Translations under genes and position numbers: made by a program | Source: an uncultured virus (IMG/VR IMGVR_UViG_3300044545_000147) | Lineage: Duplodnaviria > Heunggongvirae > Uroviricota > Caudoviricetes | Strand: one strand, 5' to 3' | Length of the DNA stretch: 64,000 bases | Virus record (IMG/VR): IMGVR_UViG_3300044545_000147 | Notes under the pieces: model-generated | Told to the model about the DNA's origin: nothing | The model's database searches: none | Seen by the model: the letters and a program-made list of their open reading frames with translations, nothing else | Shown here: positions 19,914-30,397 of the stretch, piece by piece | How positions within the stretch are numbered: the first letter of the stretch is position 1 | How the letters are laid out: every line of letters begins with the position of its first letter

Positions 19914-21428
19914 ATGCCGCAGATACACATAACAGGAAGAAGTGCCTATCCGGATGATCCGCCTTCTATGTATACGATGGTTCAAGGGAATCAGCATCCC
20001 ACGTGGTTGACGAAAGCCATTAAAAAAATAGGTCAAGTATTTGCGAATCTCCTTCCAGATGAAGGTGGGAAAAAACAGCAGTATTCAGATACTGGACTGT
20101 TAATTAAAACTTCTCCGACAATCTGGGAATATGAAATGTTCCGGATGGAATGGGATCGCCGAAGTATTTTGCGTGAATTGGATCTTATGATGAGAACTGA
20201 CACTCGTCTTAAAAGAGCTAATCGTCTATTTGCAGAAACAGCTGTCAGAAATGGAATGACTGTTACAGTAACATCTGCAGCTGGTAAAAAACTAGGTAAA
20301 AGAGCGCAGGACATAGTCAATCATATTATGCAGGACTGCCAGGTAAATGCCAAACTAGCATCATGGGCTCGTATTCTTCTTAAGGAGGGAGATCTATTTT
20401 TAAATCCTGTTGTTAATGTGAAAACAAGAGAGATCAAAACGATTAAAAGATTGCCTGGAATTTCCATGCAGAGAAATGAAGATATGGAAGGGAACTTTTC
20501 TGATATGGAAGCGGCTTTTCGACAGATTGATCCTATTTCTCTTATTATTATTCAAGAGTTTCCGTTATGGGCGGTGAATCACATCCGATGGGATCATGAA
20601 GAAGGTGATCGTTATGGAAACAGTCAATATTTACAGTGCCGAAATTATTGGAAAAAACTCAATATGACCGAACAGGATCTTGTCATTAGAAGGCGCACAA
20701 GAGCAGTACCAAGACGTCTTCATATTTTAGGGGACAAAGATCATCCTGGGACAGAGTCAGACATTCAGCAGTATAAAGCAGTGAATCACCTAGATGCGAA
20801 TAAAGCGCAGATCACCACAGATTATTACATGAATGGACTTGGGGATATCAAAGATCTCAGTCCAGATACAAAGTTGGATGAAATTAAAGATATAGAGTAT
20901 CTCCAAGAGATTTATATGATTGGTACAGGAGTTCCATTGCATATGTTTGCTTTCGGAAAATCTGTTAATCGTGATGTGGTAGAGCAACAGACAAAGCAAT
21001 TTAAAGAAGATACACAGGAGCTTCGTGATCTTCTGGAATATGGAGATAGTTCTCCTTATTCCGGATTGCGGGCTATTTTTGATTTTGGCTTGTCCTTACA
21101 AGGTATTGATCCACGGTTAATCTCGTATAATATTCGCTGGGCTGAAGAAGATAATGAGACTGCTGATGATCGGATTAAACGTGTGGTAGCTGCCAGGAGT
21201 GCGCAGCCGAAGCCTTTGATGAGCCAAAAGACTGCAGTTTCTATTTTGGCAAAAGATAATGGATTGGAAGATGACCAGGCTGTTGATCGTGAAATAAACG
21301 ACATTGAGGAAGAATTGGAGGAAGATCGGCTTGATCAAAGTACATTGGCGGCAGAAATAAATCCTTCGAAACCAGCACAATATCCAGAAAGTAAGGTGAT
21401 TTCATCAGAGGAGGATTATATGTCATGA
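19914..21428 (+). CDS. Portal protein
   Basis: 504 aa, position, ILLKEGDLFL, RYGNS. Confidence 0.8.
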   Translation: MPQIHITGRSAYPDDPPSMYTMVQGNQHPTWLTKAIKKIGQVFANLLPDEGGKKQQYSDTGLLIKTSPTIWEYEMFRMEWDRRSILRELDLMMRTDTRLKRANRLFAETAVRNGMTVTVTSAAGKKLGKRAQDIVNHIMQDCQVNAKLASWARILLKEGDLFLNPVVNVKTREIKTIKRLPGISMQRNEDMEGNFSDMEAAFRQIDPISLIIIQEFPLWAVNHIRWDHEEGDRYGNSQYLQCRNYWKKLNMTEQDLVIRRRTRAVPRRLHILGDKDHPGTESDIQQYKAVNHLDANKAQITTDYYMNGLGDIKDLSPDTKLDEIKDIEYLQEIYMIGTGVPLHMFAFGKSVNRDVVEQQTKQFKEDTQELRDLLEYGDSSPYSGLRAIFDFGLSLQGIDPRLISYNIRWAEEDNETADDRIKRVVAARSAQPKPLMSQKTAVSILAKDNGLEDDQAVDREINDIEEELEEDRLDQSTLAAEINPSKPAQYPESKVISSEEDYMS

Positions 21429-22216
21429 CGAAACAAACAGTATATTTTCCTCTGCATGGTCCGCAGGCTGAAGTAGAGGAACACAAATTCAGGCGTATCA
21501 TCAAAAAGCACTTTGCGGAAATCAGTAATGTTATGAAAAAATATACATCCAAGCATGCTGAAAAAGTAAATGTAGTGGGAGAGGTATTGAAAGATAGTTC
21601 TCCTATAATTGATGAATACATCAAAGAATATGATGAAGAATTCAATGCTTTAAAAACGAAAATTGTAAAAGACTATTTTGACTTTTATGTAAAGACGGCA
21701 AAGGTTGCTATGAAGCGAATTACATTAGAAAGACAACGCGGGCATCCAATAACAGATGATACAGAAGATGATGAGTATGATTACAATAAATCGTTTGAAG
21801 AGTTTGTATCAGAGAGTTTGCTTCAGTATCTGCAGCAGGAAGCTGCGGAACGTGTAACCCGAATTGATGAAACGACACGTAAATATTTACGGGATCAGCT
21901 GGGAGAAGCATATAAGAATCATGAGACAACTGCACAGTGGCAGAAACGTATTGATAAAGTCATGGGACTTAATTATCCGTCTGGGCGTGCTGATATGATT
22001 GCACGTACGGAGCTAGCCTGGGCTTATAGTCGTGGATTAATCAGTGGTTATCATGACATAGGCGTAGAACATGTGCGGTGGCTAGCCGTGATGGATAGTA
22101 GGACCTGTCCTAAATGTGCGGCCAGACATGAAAAGAGATATCTACTGCGGGATATCGAAGGAGAAATTCCGGCTCATCCACGGTGCAGATGTACACTCGT
22201 TAATGATGATTATTAA
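21425..22216 (+). CDS. Minor head morphogenesis protein (SPP1 gp7/Mu gpF-like)
   Basis: IARTE, D.RTCPKC, PAHPRCRC. Confidence 0.9.
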   Translation: MTKQTVYFPLHGPQAEVEEHKFRRIIKKHFAEISNVMKKYTSKHAEKVNVVGEVLKDSSPIIDEYIKEYDEEFNALKTKIVKDYFDFYVKTAKVAMKRITLERQRGHPITDDTEDDEYDYNKSFEEFVSESLLQYLQQEAAERVTRIDETTRKYLRDQLGEAYKNHETTAQWQKRIDKVMGLNYPSGRADMIARTELAWAYSRGLISGYHDIGVEHVRWLAVMDSRTCPKCAARHEKRYLLRDIEGEIPAHPRCRCTLVNDDY

Positions 22217-22241
22217 GCCGATGAAAGGAGAATAAAATCAT

Positions 22242-22610
22242 ATGGCACGACGGAAAAAAGAAGAACCTATAGAGGAGTCATCAGAAGCCATCTCTTTGAT
22301 TACGCCAGATAATAATACAAAGACAGTGGACGTTCAAAGTTCGAAAAAAGTGAATGAAAAGATTTCTGATATAAAAACCTATGGCGATCCGGACACATTC
22401 AGGCTGTTATGTAAATCTTCCTCCGAAAATGAAGGCTGGATGAAGTCTACAAAATACTGCAATGTAAGAGGAGGATGTGTGCTGCAGACAGAAACACAGC
22501 AGCGGAATCCAGATGGAAGTTATATCCTTTCACAGGCCTTGGTATATGTTCCTAATGCGCAGGTCCATGAAGGTGTGGTTCCGAAATTCGGACCGATTAT
22601 TACAAAATGA
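22242..22610 (+). CDS. Hypothetical phage protein
   Basis: AAAGGAG RBS; WMKSTK..GGC.LQ motif. Confidence 0.65.
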   Translation: MARRKKEEPIEESSEAISLITPDNNTKTVDVQSSKKVNEKISDIKTYGDPDTFRLLCKSSSENEGWMKSTKYCNVRGGCVLQTETQQRNPDGSYILSQALVYVPNAQVHEGVVPKFGPIITK

Positions 22611-22625
22611 AGGGAGAAATAATGA

Positions 22626-25600
22626 ATGGGAGATCTAAATACAAAGCAGCGCAAATCTTTGGATGATAAAGATTTTGCGGTTCCGAGAAAGCGGAAATTG
22701 CCGATTAATGATGCTACGCATATAAAACTTGCGTGGGATATGGTGGACCGCACAAAAGGATTGACGATGGAGGAACGGACTTCAGCGCGTAAAAAAATAT
22801 TGGCTGCGGCTAAAGACAAAGGAATAGATACTTCTAGTTGGAATAAAAAATCCATGGAAGATACCGTTATCAGCGAAATTAAAATACTGAATGACGATGT
22901 CAATATTGCAGAACAACCGCTGAAAGTAAGGTTTAAAGGTAGCACAGCTAATGTGGTGAATGAAAACAAGAGATTATATCCGGCAGAGGTTTTGAAAGAT
23001 GCCGTGGAGCGCTTTAAGGCGAAGCTTCCTGTTATTGGGGAAAGTCCTCATCCGCCTTCCTTGAAAAGCAAAGCAGGTAATATATTTTTTGATACCAAGG
23101 TTGAAAATTCGGTAATGAAGATTACGGACGTCTTTATGGATAATATGGACGTCTTTTTTGATGCTGAAATACTCAATACGGCTAAGGGTAAAGATGTACA
23201 GGCCCTCATTAAACAAAATGTACCTGTAGGAGATTCCATCCGAATGTTGGGAACCAGTGTCAAACGAATTATTGATGGGATTGAGGCGGATGTAGCCACT
23301 TACCTTGATATCCAGGCATGGGATCTTGTCATGAATCCTGCGACTGATGGCTGTAAATCACTAAAAGTTTTAACGGACTCCCAGATATCAGATGCTATTG
23401 AAGATGGGATCGAAATCGGAAATCCGGGATGTCCTCTTTGTGGAGCTGATCTGACAGCGCAGGATCCTGATAATGATGGGGATGTAGATTTCTATGTCTG
23501 TGAATCATGTGGGCAGGCGTTTGTTGAAAATCATTCAGTGTCTTCTCAGGTATCAGCAAATACTAATTTGTGTATGGTGACACTGAATGATTTTGATCGT
23601 TATCCACAGGCTCAGTCATGGTTGGCAAATAACCAAGCCAAGAAACAGCAGATTGTAAAAGACAATATTGTGAGTCCGTTAAGCGACGGGAAAGAAAAAG
23701 GAGATGGAGAAATCTTGAATAAGGAAGAGTTAATGAAAATTTTGAAAGATGATCCCGATGTAAAAGGGATCCTTGAAGGTACGGCTAAAGGAATTGCACA
23801 GCCCGCTCTTGATTCTGTGGAAAAACAGAAAGCAGCTGAAATGAAGGAACAGGCTAAGAGTGATGCCAAAGCATTTCTTGGTGAAAAAATGGCCGCTTTG
23901 GACGGAAAAATCTCCAAAGAGAATATCAAAATGATGACAGACGCCATTGGAGAACCGGAAAATAAAGAAATTGCTCAGACATTGTTTGATTCCATGATGA
24001 AGGTATTTAGTAGTGAAGGAGCTAAAACAGTGCTTAACTCTGTAGGATTTAAAGATGGCAAAAGCCCGGAAGGAAAAACTCATTTCGATGTAACGGAGAA
24101 TGCTAAACCGTGGAGACCGGTAGTAGATGAGATCATCAAAGCAACAGACCATTGGCGCGAACAGTTTGGTGATGTACATGATGAAAAACTTCGTGCCTAT
24201 AACCAAAAGAACTTTGCAAAAGTATATGAAGCCATTGAAAAAAATGTTGGCGAAAAAGCACTGTATGACAGTGTGCGTGAAGGACGTTTGGTTGTGTCCA
24301 ATGACCGTGAAGGACGGATGCTCCCGATAAATGACAGTATGCAGGGAGCAGAGTTCCTTGATGCTGTGTCTGTAACTACATCTCAGGTGTTGAACCAGCC
24401 GACTATTTTGACTGCCGTGATTGTCCAGGCCTTTCAGGATGTAGAATCAGCACAGTTTATGTTTACAGATGTGTTCAAAGGCTCTGAATGGAGATTGCCG
24501 ATTGAAACATTTACGTCAGCCGCTCAGTATAATCCGTTGACTGGTCTCCCGGATTTAGCAGTATCTGAGGGAGTTGGTATTACACCGTCCACTTTGAATT
24601 TGGGATGGCAGTCCTTCTCTCCGACATGGAGACGGAACGCGGTCAGCATTACTGAAGACGTCATCCGGCAGTTGGAAACCGGGCCGCTGAATTATGCAAC
24701 GATCGCCCGAGCTACTTATCATATTGCTTTCGACAAACGCCGTAAAGTAGATGATGCAGCTTATCTTGAAATGTTAATGGCTTCCGATGAATATGCGCCG
24801 TTTGCTGTTTCCTCTGAAACTCCTGCTTCAGCTTCTGCCGTTACAGCAACAGGGGTTCCCTCCGGATCTAATGCTTCTTATCTCTATGCTTTGAAACCAA
24901 CTACAGTAAAATATGAAGCTCCGACAATCTCTTCTTCTACAGGAAATGTAGTAGGTGGAAATCCTGTCGTTCGTCCGCGGATTACCAACCAGATTCAGCC
25001 GTCAGGGCAGGTTAAAGCTGTTACGGTCAATCCGGTATCCATTACCGTGGGTGGAACTGCCTTGGTGCTTGGTGCGTGGGATGGTACGAATATCGTCAGC
25101 TTTAGTGGGACAACAGCTCAGGCGGCTGTTGATTTTGAACATGGAGTCGTTTACTTTAATTCAGCATCTGGAGTGAATCCTTCTGCCTCTACACCGATTC
25201 TTCCGTGTATCTCTTACAGTGCAGTGACCAACTTTGACCGTTGGCATTCTACGCTCGGAAGCGGGTATAACGATATTGCGGCATATTATGACACATTCCT
25301 GCAGCAGTTGACGGCGACTTCTGCCTTAATGGGAAGCTCTCCCCGCTACAAAAAACCGAACCTGGCTATTTTCTCTCTGAACTCTGCTGCCTATGTGGAA
25401 AATGCCAGAATCTTTTACAAATGGGCATCTCCGACAGGTACTTCTCTGATTGATACCGGCAATACTTTTGGCATGAGATCTGGAATGAATCTGTCTAAGA
25501 TCAATGCACCATGGGTAGCGGGAGATGGGCGTGTTCTGCTGACGCAGAAGGGGTCTACACGGTATGGCATTGAGACCCCGTATTCTTTGGAAGGCCCGTA

Positions 25601-25745
25601 TCCTGTTTATGACAATAATCAGCAGATCATTGATGCCAAACTGTGGTATGGCAAGGAAAACTCCGTACTCTGCACTCCGCAGGTAAGAGATACGAGCTTT
25701 AATATCATCAATCCTGTAAGCCGGACTATTATTATTGAGGCATAA
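22626..25745 (+). CDS. Head polyprotein: small N-terminal domain + prohead protease + Zn ribbon + scaffold + major capsid
   Basis: NENKRLYP..GESPHP protease-like motif; CPLC..CESC; helical linker; position between gpF-like and adaptor genes. Confidence 0.78.
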   Translation: MGDLNTKQRKSLDDKDFAVPRKRKLPINDATHIKLAWDMVDRTKGLTMEERTSARKKILAAAKDKGIDTSSWNKKSMEDTVISEIKILNDDVNIAEQPLKVRFKGSTANVVNENKRLYPAEVLKDAVERFKAKLPVIGESPHPPSLKSKAGNIFFDTKVENSVMKITDVFMDNMDVFFDAEILNTAKGKDVQALIKQNVPVGDSIRMLGTSVKRIIDGIEADVATYLDIQAWDLVMNPATDGCKSLKVLTDSQISDAIEDGIEIGNPGCPLCGADLTAQDPDNDGDVDFYVCESCGQAFVENHSVSSQVSANTNLCMVTLNDFDRYPQAQSWLANNQAKKQQIVKDNIVSPLSDGKEKGDGEILNKEELMKILKDDPDVKGILEGTAKGIAQPALDSVEKQKAAEMKEQAKSDAKAFLGEKMAALDGKISKENIKMMTDAIGEPENKEIAQTLFDSMMKVFSSEGAKTVLNSVGFKDGKSPEGKTHFDVTENAKPWRPVVDEIIKATDHWREQFGDVHDEKLRAYNQKNFAKVYEAIEKNVGEKALYDSVREGRLVVSNDREGRMLPINDSMQGAEFLDAVSVTTSQVLNQPTILTAVIVQAFQDVESAQFMFTDVFKGSEWRLPIETFTSAAQYNPLTGLPDLAVSEGVGITPSTLNLGWQSFSPTWRRNAVSITEDVIRQLETGPLNYATIARATYHIAFDKRRKVDDAAYLEMLMASDEYAPFAVSSETPASASAVTATGVPSGSNASYLYALKPTTVKYEAPTISSSTGNVVGGNPVVRPRITNQIQPSGQVKAVTVNPVSITVGGTALVLGAWDGTNIVSFSGTTAQAAVDFEHGVVYFNSASGVNPSASTPILPCISYSAVTNFDRWHSTLGSGYNDIAAYYDTFLQQLTATSALMGSSPRYKKPNLAIFSLNSAAYVENARIFYKWASPTGTSLIDTGNTFGMRSGMNLSKINAPWVAGDGRVLLTQKGSTRYGIETPYSLEGPYPVYDNNQQIIDAKLWYGKENSVLCTPQVRDTSFNIINPVSRTIIIEA

Positions 25746-25771
25746 CCCTCATGCGTTAAAGGAGAATCGGA

Positions 25772-26509
25772 ATGTCTACAATCAGCAGTTATGTGACGAG
25801 TGTGAGAAATCAAATCCGTGATAACGGGAAAATAAATTTCTTTCCACCTTATGATCCAACTACCGGAGATCAAGACGAGGAAATTACACAATATGTCAAT
25901 GCAGCCGTTGAAGAATTTAGCCGATATATCCCGCTTCGTAAGCCTTACACATTAAATCTCATTCAGGGGCAGACTGAATATACTCTGCCCACTGATTGGA
26001 TTTATGTTGATCAAGGAGCACTTCAGCGTGCGCTTCATCCCCGTAGTATTCCCGACCTGCTGCAGTATCAGCTCCCATGGGTGGAAGTATCATCTCCGCT
26101 GGGAAGTCAATATAACAGTATGGACTTTATATGGTATGACGACATACAGCAAATGGTTGTGACCACAGCTCCATTATCAGATTATTCTTTATCAATTGCC
26201 TATTATGCCTTTCATCAGGTGGATACCAACGGAAGCACCATCCCCAAAAGGTGGGAAAATGCTATGTTACTTGTAGCCTGTGAGAGAGCTTTGCGTGCTA
26301 TTGTTACTGATCTGTCTGTATCCAAATTGCAGAAATACAGGATGGGTGGGCGCTTTGGTATTGAAATCGATAACCACAATGTCATAGATAACCTCTTAAA
26401 ACAGGCAGATAGCTATAGGGAAAGATTTAAAAATGAAGTAATCAACCGCCCACATGGAGGTATGGGTCCTAATGATGTGATGGGAGGTGTTCAGGGTGCC
26501 GATTGGTGA
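25772..26509 (+). CDS. Head-tail adaptor
   Basis: Position; GQTEYTLP motif. Confidence 0.65.
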   Translation: MSTISSYVTSVRNQIRDNGKINFFPPYDPTTGDQDEEITQYVNAAVEEFSRYIPLRKPYTLNLIQGQTEYTLPTDWIYVDQGALQRALHPRSIPDLLQYQLPWVEVSSPLGSQYNSMDFIWYDDIQQMVVTTAPLSDYSLSIAYYAFHQVDTNGSTIPKRWENAMLLVACERALRAIVTDLSVSKLQKYRMGGRFGIEIDNHNVIDNLLKQADSYRERFKNEVINRPHGGMGPNDVMGGVQGADW

Positions 26510-26864
26510 TAATCCTTTTTTAGAACCAGGGCATGATCTTGGGGTGCTTTTACAGGATCAGGGAATTAGCATTACCGTTGAGACGCAGGGAACCTCATCG
26601 GGGGATATTTATGATACTCCGACAAAGGGGACTACAAAGTCTGCAACGGTACTTTTTATTGGGCTTGAAGCTGTAGAAGATCCAACAATGGCAGGTGGTA
26701 AAACCAAAGAGATATTCTATTTTATTGGAACCACTGGGACAGCTCAAATGAATGATATTGTACATTACAACGGGTATAAATACGATGTATCACACGTTCT
26801 TCCCGGATATATGGGCAGTATCAGTCAAATGGAACAGTATCAGGCTGAAAGGGAAATCAACTGA
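26496..26864 (+). CDS. Putative head closure protein
   Basis: Position and size. Confidence 0.5.
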   Translation: MPIGDNPFLEPGHDLGVLLQDQGISITVETQGTSSGDIYDTPTKGTTKSATVLFIGLEAVEDPTMAGGKTKEIFYFIGTTGTAQMNDIVHYNGYKYDVSHVLPGYMGSISQMEQYQAEREIN

Positions 26865-26865
26865 T

Positions 26866-27390
26866 ATGGATACGCTCTATAGTATTACTAGAAAATTTCT
26901 GCGGGGTGCCGGAATGGTCCCTCCTGCTGCTGGTTTAGCAGTAAAAAAAATTGCCTATATGGTTAGGGACGATGCTGTGAAAGAATTTGGACATCTTCAG
27001 CCTGCTGTTGGTCCGTTTCCGGCATGGTCTCCTTTAAAGCCAGAAACAATTAGACAAAAAGGGAGCAGTGGTGAGGGCGATCCTCTTATTGGACATTACC
27101 CGATGGACAGAGGGCGAAGACGTCGGAGCGCGTGGAGATCAGGAAAGCGGAGTATATGGCCGGCTCCATTGCGCAATACGATAGAGGTGGAAGTTAAAGG
27201 ACTTTCAGCTCTTATTGGATCCGCGGATCCTCTGGGGCCTATTCATGAATTTGGGGCTGTGGGAACAGGGAAAAGTCATTCTGGAGTTATCCCTCCGCGG
27301 CCGTTTCTGCGTCCTGCTTTATATAAAAATATTGATAAAGGACGCGAAATCCTAGGGGCTGCGATTGGTACTACGCTGAAGAGGATGTGA
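26866..27390 (+). CDS. HK97 gp10-like / virion morphogenesis protein
   Basis: HEFG..IPPRPFLRPA. Confidence 0.75.
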   Translation: MDTLYSITRKFLRGAGMVPPAAGLAVKKIAYMVRDDAVKEFGHLQPAVGPFPAWSPLKPETIRQKGSSGEGDPLIGHYPMDRGRRRRSAWRSGKRSIWPAPLRNTIEVEVKGLSALIGSADPLGPIHEFGAVGTGKSHSGVIPPRPFLRPALYKNIDKGREILGAAIGTTLKRM

Positions 27391-27396
27391 TGTGGA

Positions 27397-27972
27397 ATGA
27401 TTTGCCAAAACGAAGCTATGTATGACATTACCGAAAACATAGGACATCTGCTGCAGACTCAGTTCCCACAGATCAAAAGTTTCCGGCGTGGTTGGCCGAA
27501 TGTCAAAGACTTCGATGTGGAGGGGAATCTTCCGGCCATTACATTTATTGATGTAGGTGAAAAGATTGTCTATGCGAATCCGCAGGATACAATCAGTCAC
27601 ACTACATCCAGTTCTATTGTTTATGAAAAAGGACGGCTGTATACATTGGTGCAGCTGTCCCTTTTTACTAATTCACGAGATATAAGAGACTCATTGGGGT
27701 TTGCTATCAAGCAATATTTGAGAGTCAATTATTGGATTCCTATTCTTGATTACTCTCAGACAACTCCGAATGATACTCATGAGTTCATGATGATTTTTTT
27801 AGAAGGCGATCATAGAAGTGAAAAAGGAATCGCTAATTTCTATCAAAGAGATTTGACACTGAGAATCCGCACCAAACTATTGGATGCCGCAACAGCTTAT
27901 CCGGCAAAAGATATCGATATTTCTCAGACAGTCAATACATCCGTTGATGAGTATATAAAAGGAGATGATTAA
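27397..27972 (+). CDS. Putative tail terminator
   Basis: Position before sheath; LPAI motif. Confidence 0.55.
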   Translation: MICQNEAMYDITENIGHLLQTQFPQIKSFRRGWPNVKDFDVEGNLPAITFIDVGEKIVYANPQDTISHTTSSSIVYEKGRLYTLVQLSLFTNSRDIRDSLGFAIKQYLRVNYWIPILDYSQTTPNDTHEFMMIFLEGDHRSEKGIANFYQRDLTLRIRTKLLDAATAYPAKDIDISQTVNTSVDEYIKGDD

Positions 27973-29463
27973 ATGCCTATCGTATCAAGTATCGCAGGAC
28001 AGATTTTAGATGATGTATATCTGATTGAAACATCCGGCGGTGAATCTATTACAGGAGAAAGTACTGATATTGTGGGGCTTGTAGGGGTTTTTCAACAGGG
28101 AATTCCTACCGCTTATTATGAAATCGGTGATTATACGAATGCTGTTAAGTATCTGGGGAAATCTCTTTCCACAATTGGCGGTCCGATGGCCATTCAGAAT
28201 CTTATCAGGCAATCGGCAGGTGATTTAAGAGTTGTTCCATGCTTTGGTACTAATGCAGCAGTTGCTTCTGTTACACTTAATGATTCCAAAAGTTCATTGT
28301 TTGGAACATTGACAGCAGCACAGACGCATCCACAGAAATCTACTATGTATCCCTTATATGGAAGCGGTCCTAACAGTTGGGTAGCTAAGGTGACAGTCAA
28401 CACAGATAATACGTTTAATTTATCCATTGTATCAGGGTCTGTGACTGAAAATTATAACAAACTTAGTACATCAACATGGGCAGATACAGTGAATGCTTCC
28501 AGTACGATCGTGATTGCATCAACCGCTGCGACGCCCAATACCAATACTCCGGCAGTAGGAAATTTTACTTTTTCAGGAGGCAGTATTGGCACGGTCACAT
28601 CCGGCAATGCATTGGATGCCGCTTTGATTGGTACGACTAACACGGACGGCACGAAGACAGGATTGACACTTCTGGCGGGACTGGATCTTAATTTCATCAT
28701 GGCGGCAGAATATTCATCTACGACGCTCAATACGGAATTAGCAGATTTTGCCAATGAAAATCAGTGTATTGCTGTATTGTCACCTGACCTTTCTACGACG
28801 ACTCCAGATGCTGTTATTACGGAAATTGGCACTGTCAGTCAGGATAATGTGGTGTTTGTGGATAATCAGGGGATTTTCTATGATGCTGATGTGGAAGCAA
28901 ACAGAGATTGCATGATGAATGCTCCAGTCTGCGGTGTGGCCGCAGTTCTGTCTCCCCAGCAATCATGGGGGAATAAGGCAATTTCGGGATGTCAGGGAAT
29001 TGTCTATCCGCGAAGCCGGACAGAATTGATTGACCTGCAGGAAGGTGATGTCATGACCGTATCTGACAGTATTCCGCGGGGAGGTCTTGGTATTCGGAAC
29101 GGAGTAGCCACGGATGGATCACAGATCTATGTACGGCGGATGAGATATTATCTTGAAAAATCTATTGTGGATTCCATGGGATGGGCAGTTGATGAACTGC
29201 AGTCAACATCTGCTAATGATTCACTCCGTTCTAATGTGAAACAGACTATCAGTACATTCCTCGAGGGACTTGTAAATGATTCTGTCATTGACAGTTATTT
29301 AGTGGTCTGTGATAAGACAAACAATCCGGATGATCAGATAGCAGTGGGTAAATTGCATGTAACAGTTAAGGTTAGACTGCTTGCAGCGGCACAGATGATT
29401 ATCATTACGGCGGATATTTCCACCAGCACGATTACGACTAGCAGCACTGCGTCGGCATCGTAA
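27973..29463 (+). CDS. Tail sheath protein
   Basis: DVYLIE, IYVRR, CDKTNN..G.L.V.V. Confidence 0.9.
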   Translation: MPIVSSIAGQILDDVYLIETSGGESITGESTDIVGLVGVFQQGIPTAYYEIGDYTNAVKYLGKSLSTIGGPMAIQNLIRQSAGDLRVVPCFGTNAAVASVTLNDSKSSLFGTLTAAQTHPQKSTMYPLYGSGPNSWVAKVTVNTDNTFNLSIVSGSVTENYNKLSTSTWADTVNASSTIVIASTAATPNTNTPAVGNFTFSGGSIGTVTSGNALDAALIGTTNTDGTKTGLTLLAGLDLNFIMAAEYSSTTLNTELADFANENQCIAVLSPDLSTTTPDAVITEIGTVSQDNVVFVDNQGIFYDADVEANRDCMMNAPVCGVAAVLSPQQSWGNKAISGCQGIVYPRSRTELIDLQEGDVMTVSDSIPRGGLGIRNGVATDGSQIYVRRMRYYLEKSIVDSMGWAVDELQSTSANDSLRSNVKQTISTFLEGLVNDSVIDSYLVVCDKTNNPDDQIAVGKLHVTVKVRLLAAAQMIIITADISTSTITTSSTASAS

Positions 29464-29478
29464 GCATAAGGAGGCATT

Positions 29479-29910
29479 ATGAGTCAGGATAGGATATTAG
29501 GAAGTGCTGTAACGCTTCAGATTTATACGTCTGCAGGAGTGGTTGATTTCGCAGAGTTAGATGGATTTACGGCGACAGATAAGTCGGAAAAAAAGGAGTT
29601 CCGTCCTCTGGGACAAGTGGCACCTCACGGACAAATTATTTATGGCGGTTATGATCTTGACTTCAAAGGAGCCAAGATTAATGCTGACTGGGATACGGTT
29701 CAGGCTGATAACGATACAGCTCTTCTGGCAGGAGAATCGGCACCGAGGTACCGTGTTTTACAGAAAACTGTATGGTTGGACGGAACTATTGAAGCGTGGG
29801 TCTATAACGATGTTATCTTGTATAACTTCAAACAGGATGCTGCTGCAGCAAATGATGAAATTAAAGGGAACTTTACGGGATTTGCGCCTACGCGTACACG
29901 TGAGTCATAA
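29479..29910 (+). CDS. Tail tube protein
   Basis: Follows sheath, 143 aa. Confidence 0.75.
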   Translation: MSQDRILGSAVTLQIYTSAGVVDFAELDGFTATDKSEKKEFRPLGQVAPHGQIIYGGYDLDFKGAKINADWDTVQADNDTALLAGESAPRYRVLQKTVWLDGTIEAWVYNDVILYNFKQDAAAANDEIKGNFTGFAPTRTRES

Positions 29911-29923
29911 GGAGTGAAAGTTA

Positions 29924-30247
29924 ATGGAAAAACAGATCAAAAAAGTAAAATTAAGCGATGGTCGAGAAGTCTCCGTAAGCGAAACGACTGGTATGGATGA
30001 AATGATTGCATCTAAAATAGCGGGAGAAAAAGCCAATTCTGCATTAGGATATTCGGGTAATGCATCTTTCATACTTCTGGCCATTTCATTAGTTGAGATT
30101 GATGGGAGAAAACAAAAACGCCCAACTTCTCTTTTGGATGTACAGACATTTTTTAATCAATTTAAATCGAAAGATCTTCGAAAACTTCAACAGGCATATA
30201 CAGAGTTAAATACTGATCCGGGGGAATTTACAGCGACGGTCTCTTAA
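29924..30247 (+). CDS. Tail assembly chaperone (gpG-like)
   Basis: Between tube and tape measure genes. Confidence 0.75.
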   Translation: MEKQIKKVKLSDGREVSVSETTGMDEMIASKIAGEKANSALGYSGNASFILLAISLVEIDGRKQKRPTSLLDVQTFFNQFKSKDLRKLQQAYTELNTDPGEFTATVS

Positions 30248-30396
30248 AGTCCGTCGCTTTTTCTGAATCAGTACAAATTGCGATAGCCTCTGAAGGGGGA
30301 ATCCCACTTGAGACAGCATTAGCATTATCTATTAAGGAAAGGCGCGCAGTCATTAAAATTATCAATAAAATGAATAAAGCAGAAGAGAAGAGGTGA
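30220..30396 (+). CDS. -1 frameshift extension of the tail chaperone (gpGT-like)
   Basis: Slippery G GGG GAA, downstream stem AGCGACGG/CCGTCGCT, -1 frame open to TGA 30394-30396. Confidence 0.75.
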   Translation, partial: GGIYSDGLLKSVAFSESVQIAIASEGGIPLETALALSIKERRAVIKIINKMNKAEEKR

Positions 30397-30397
30397 A

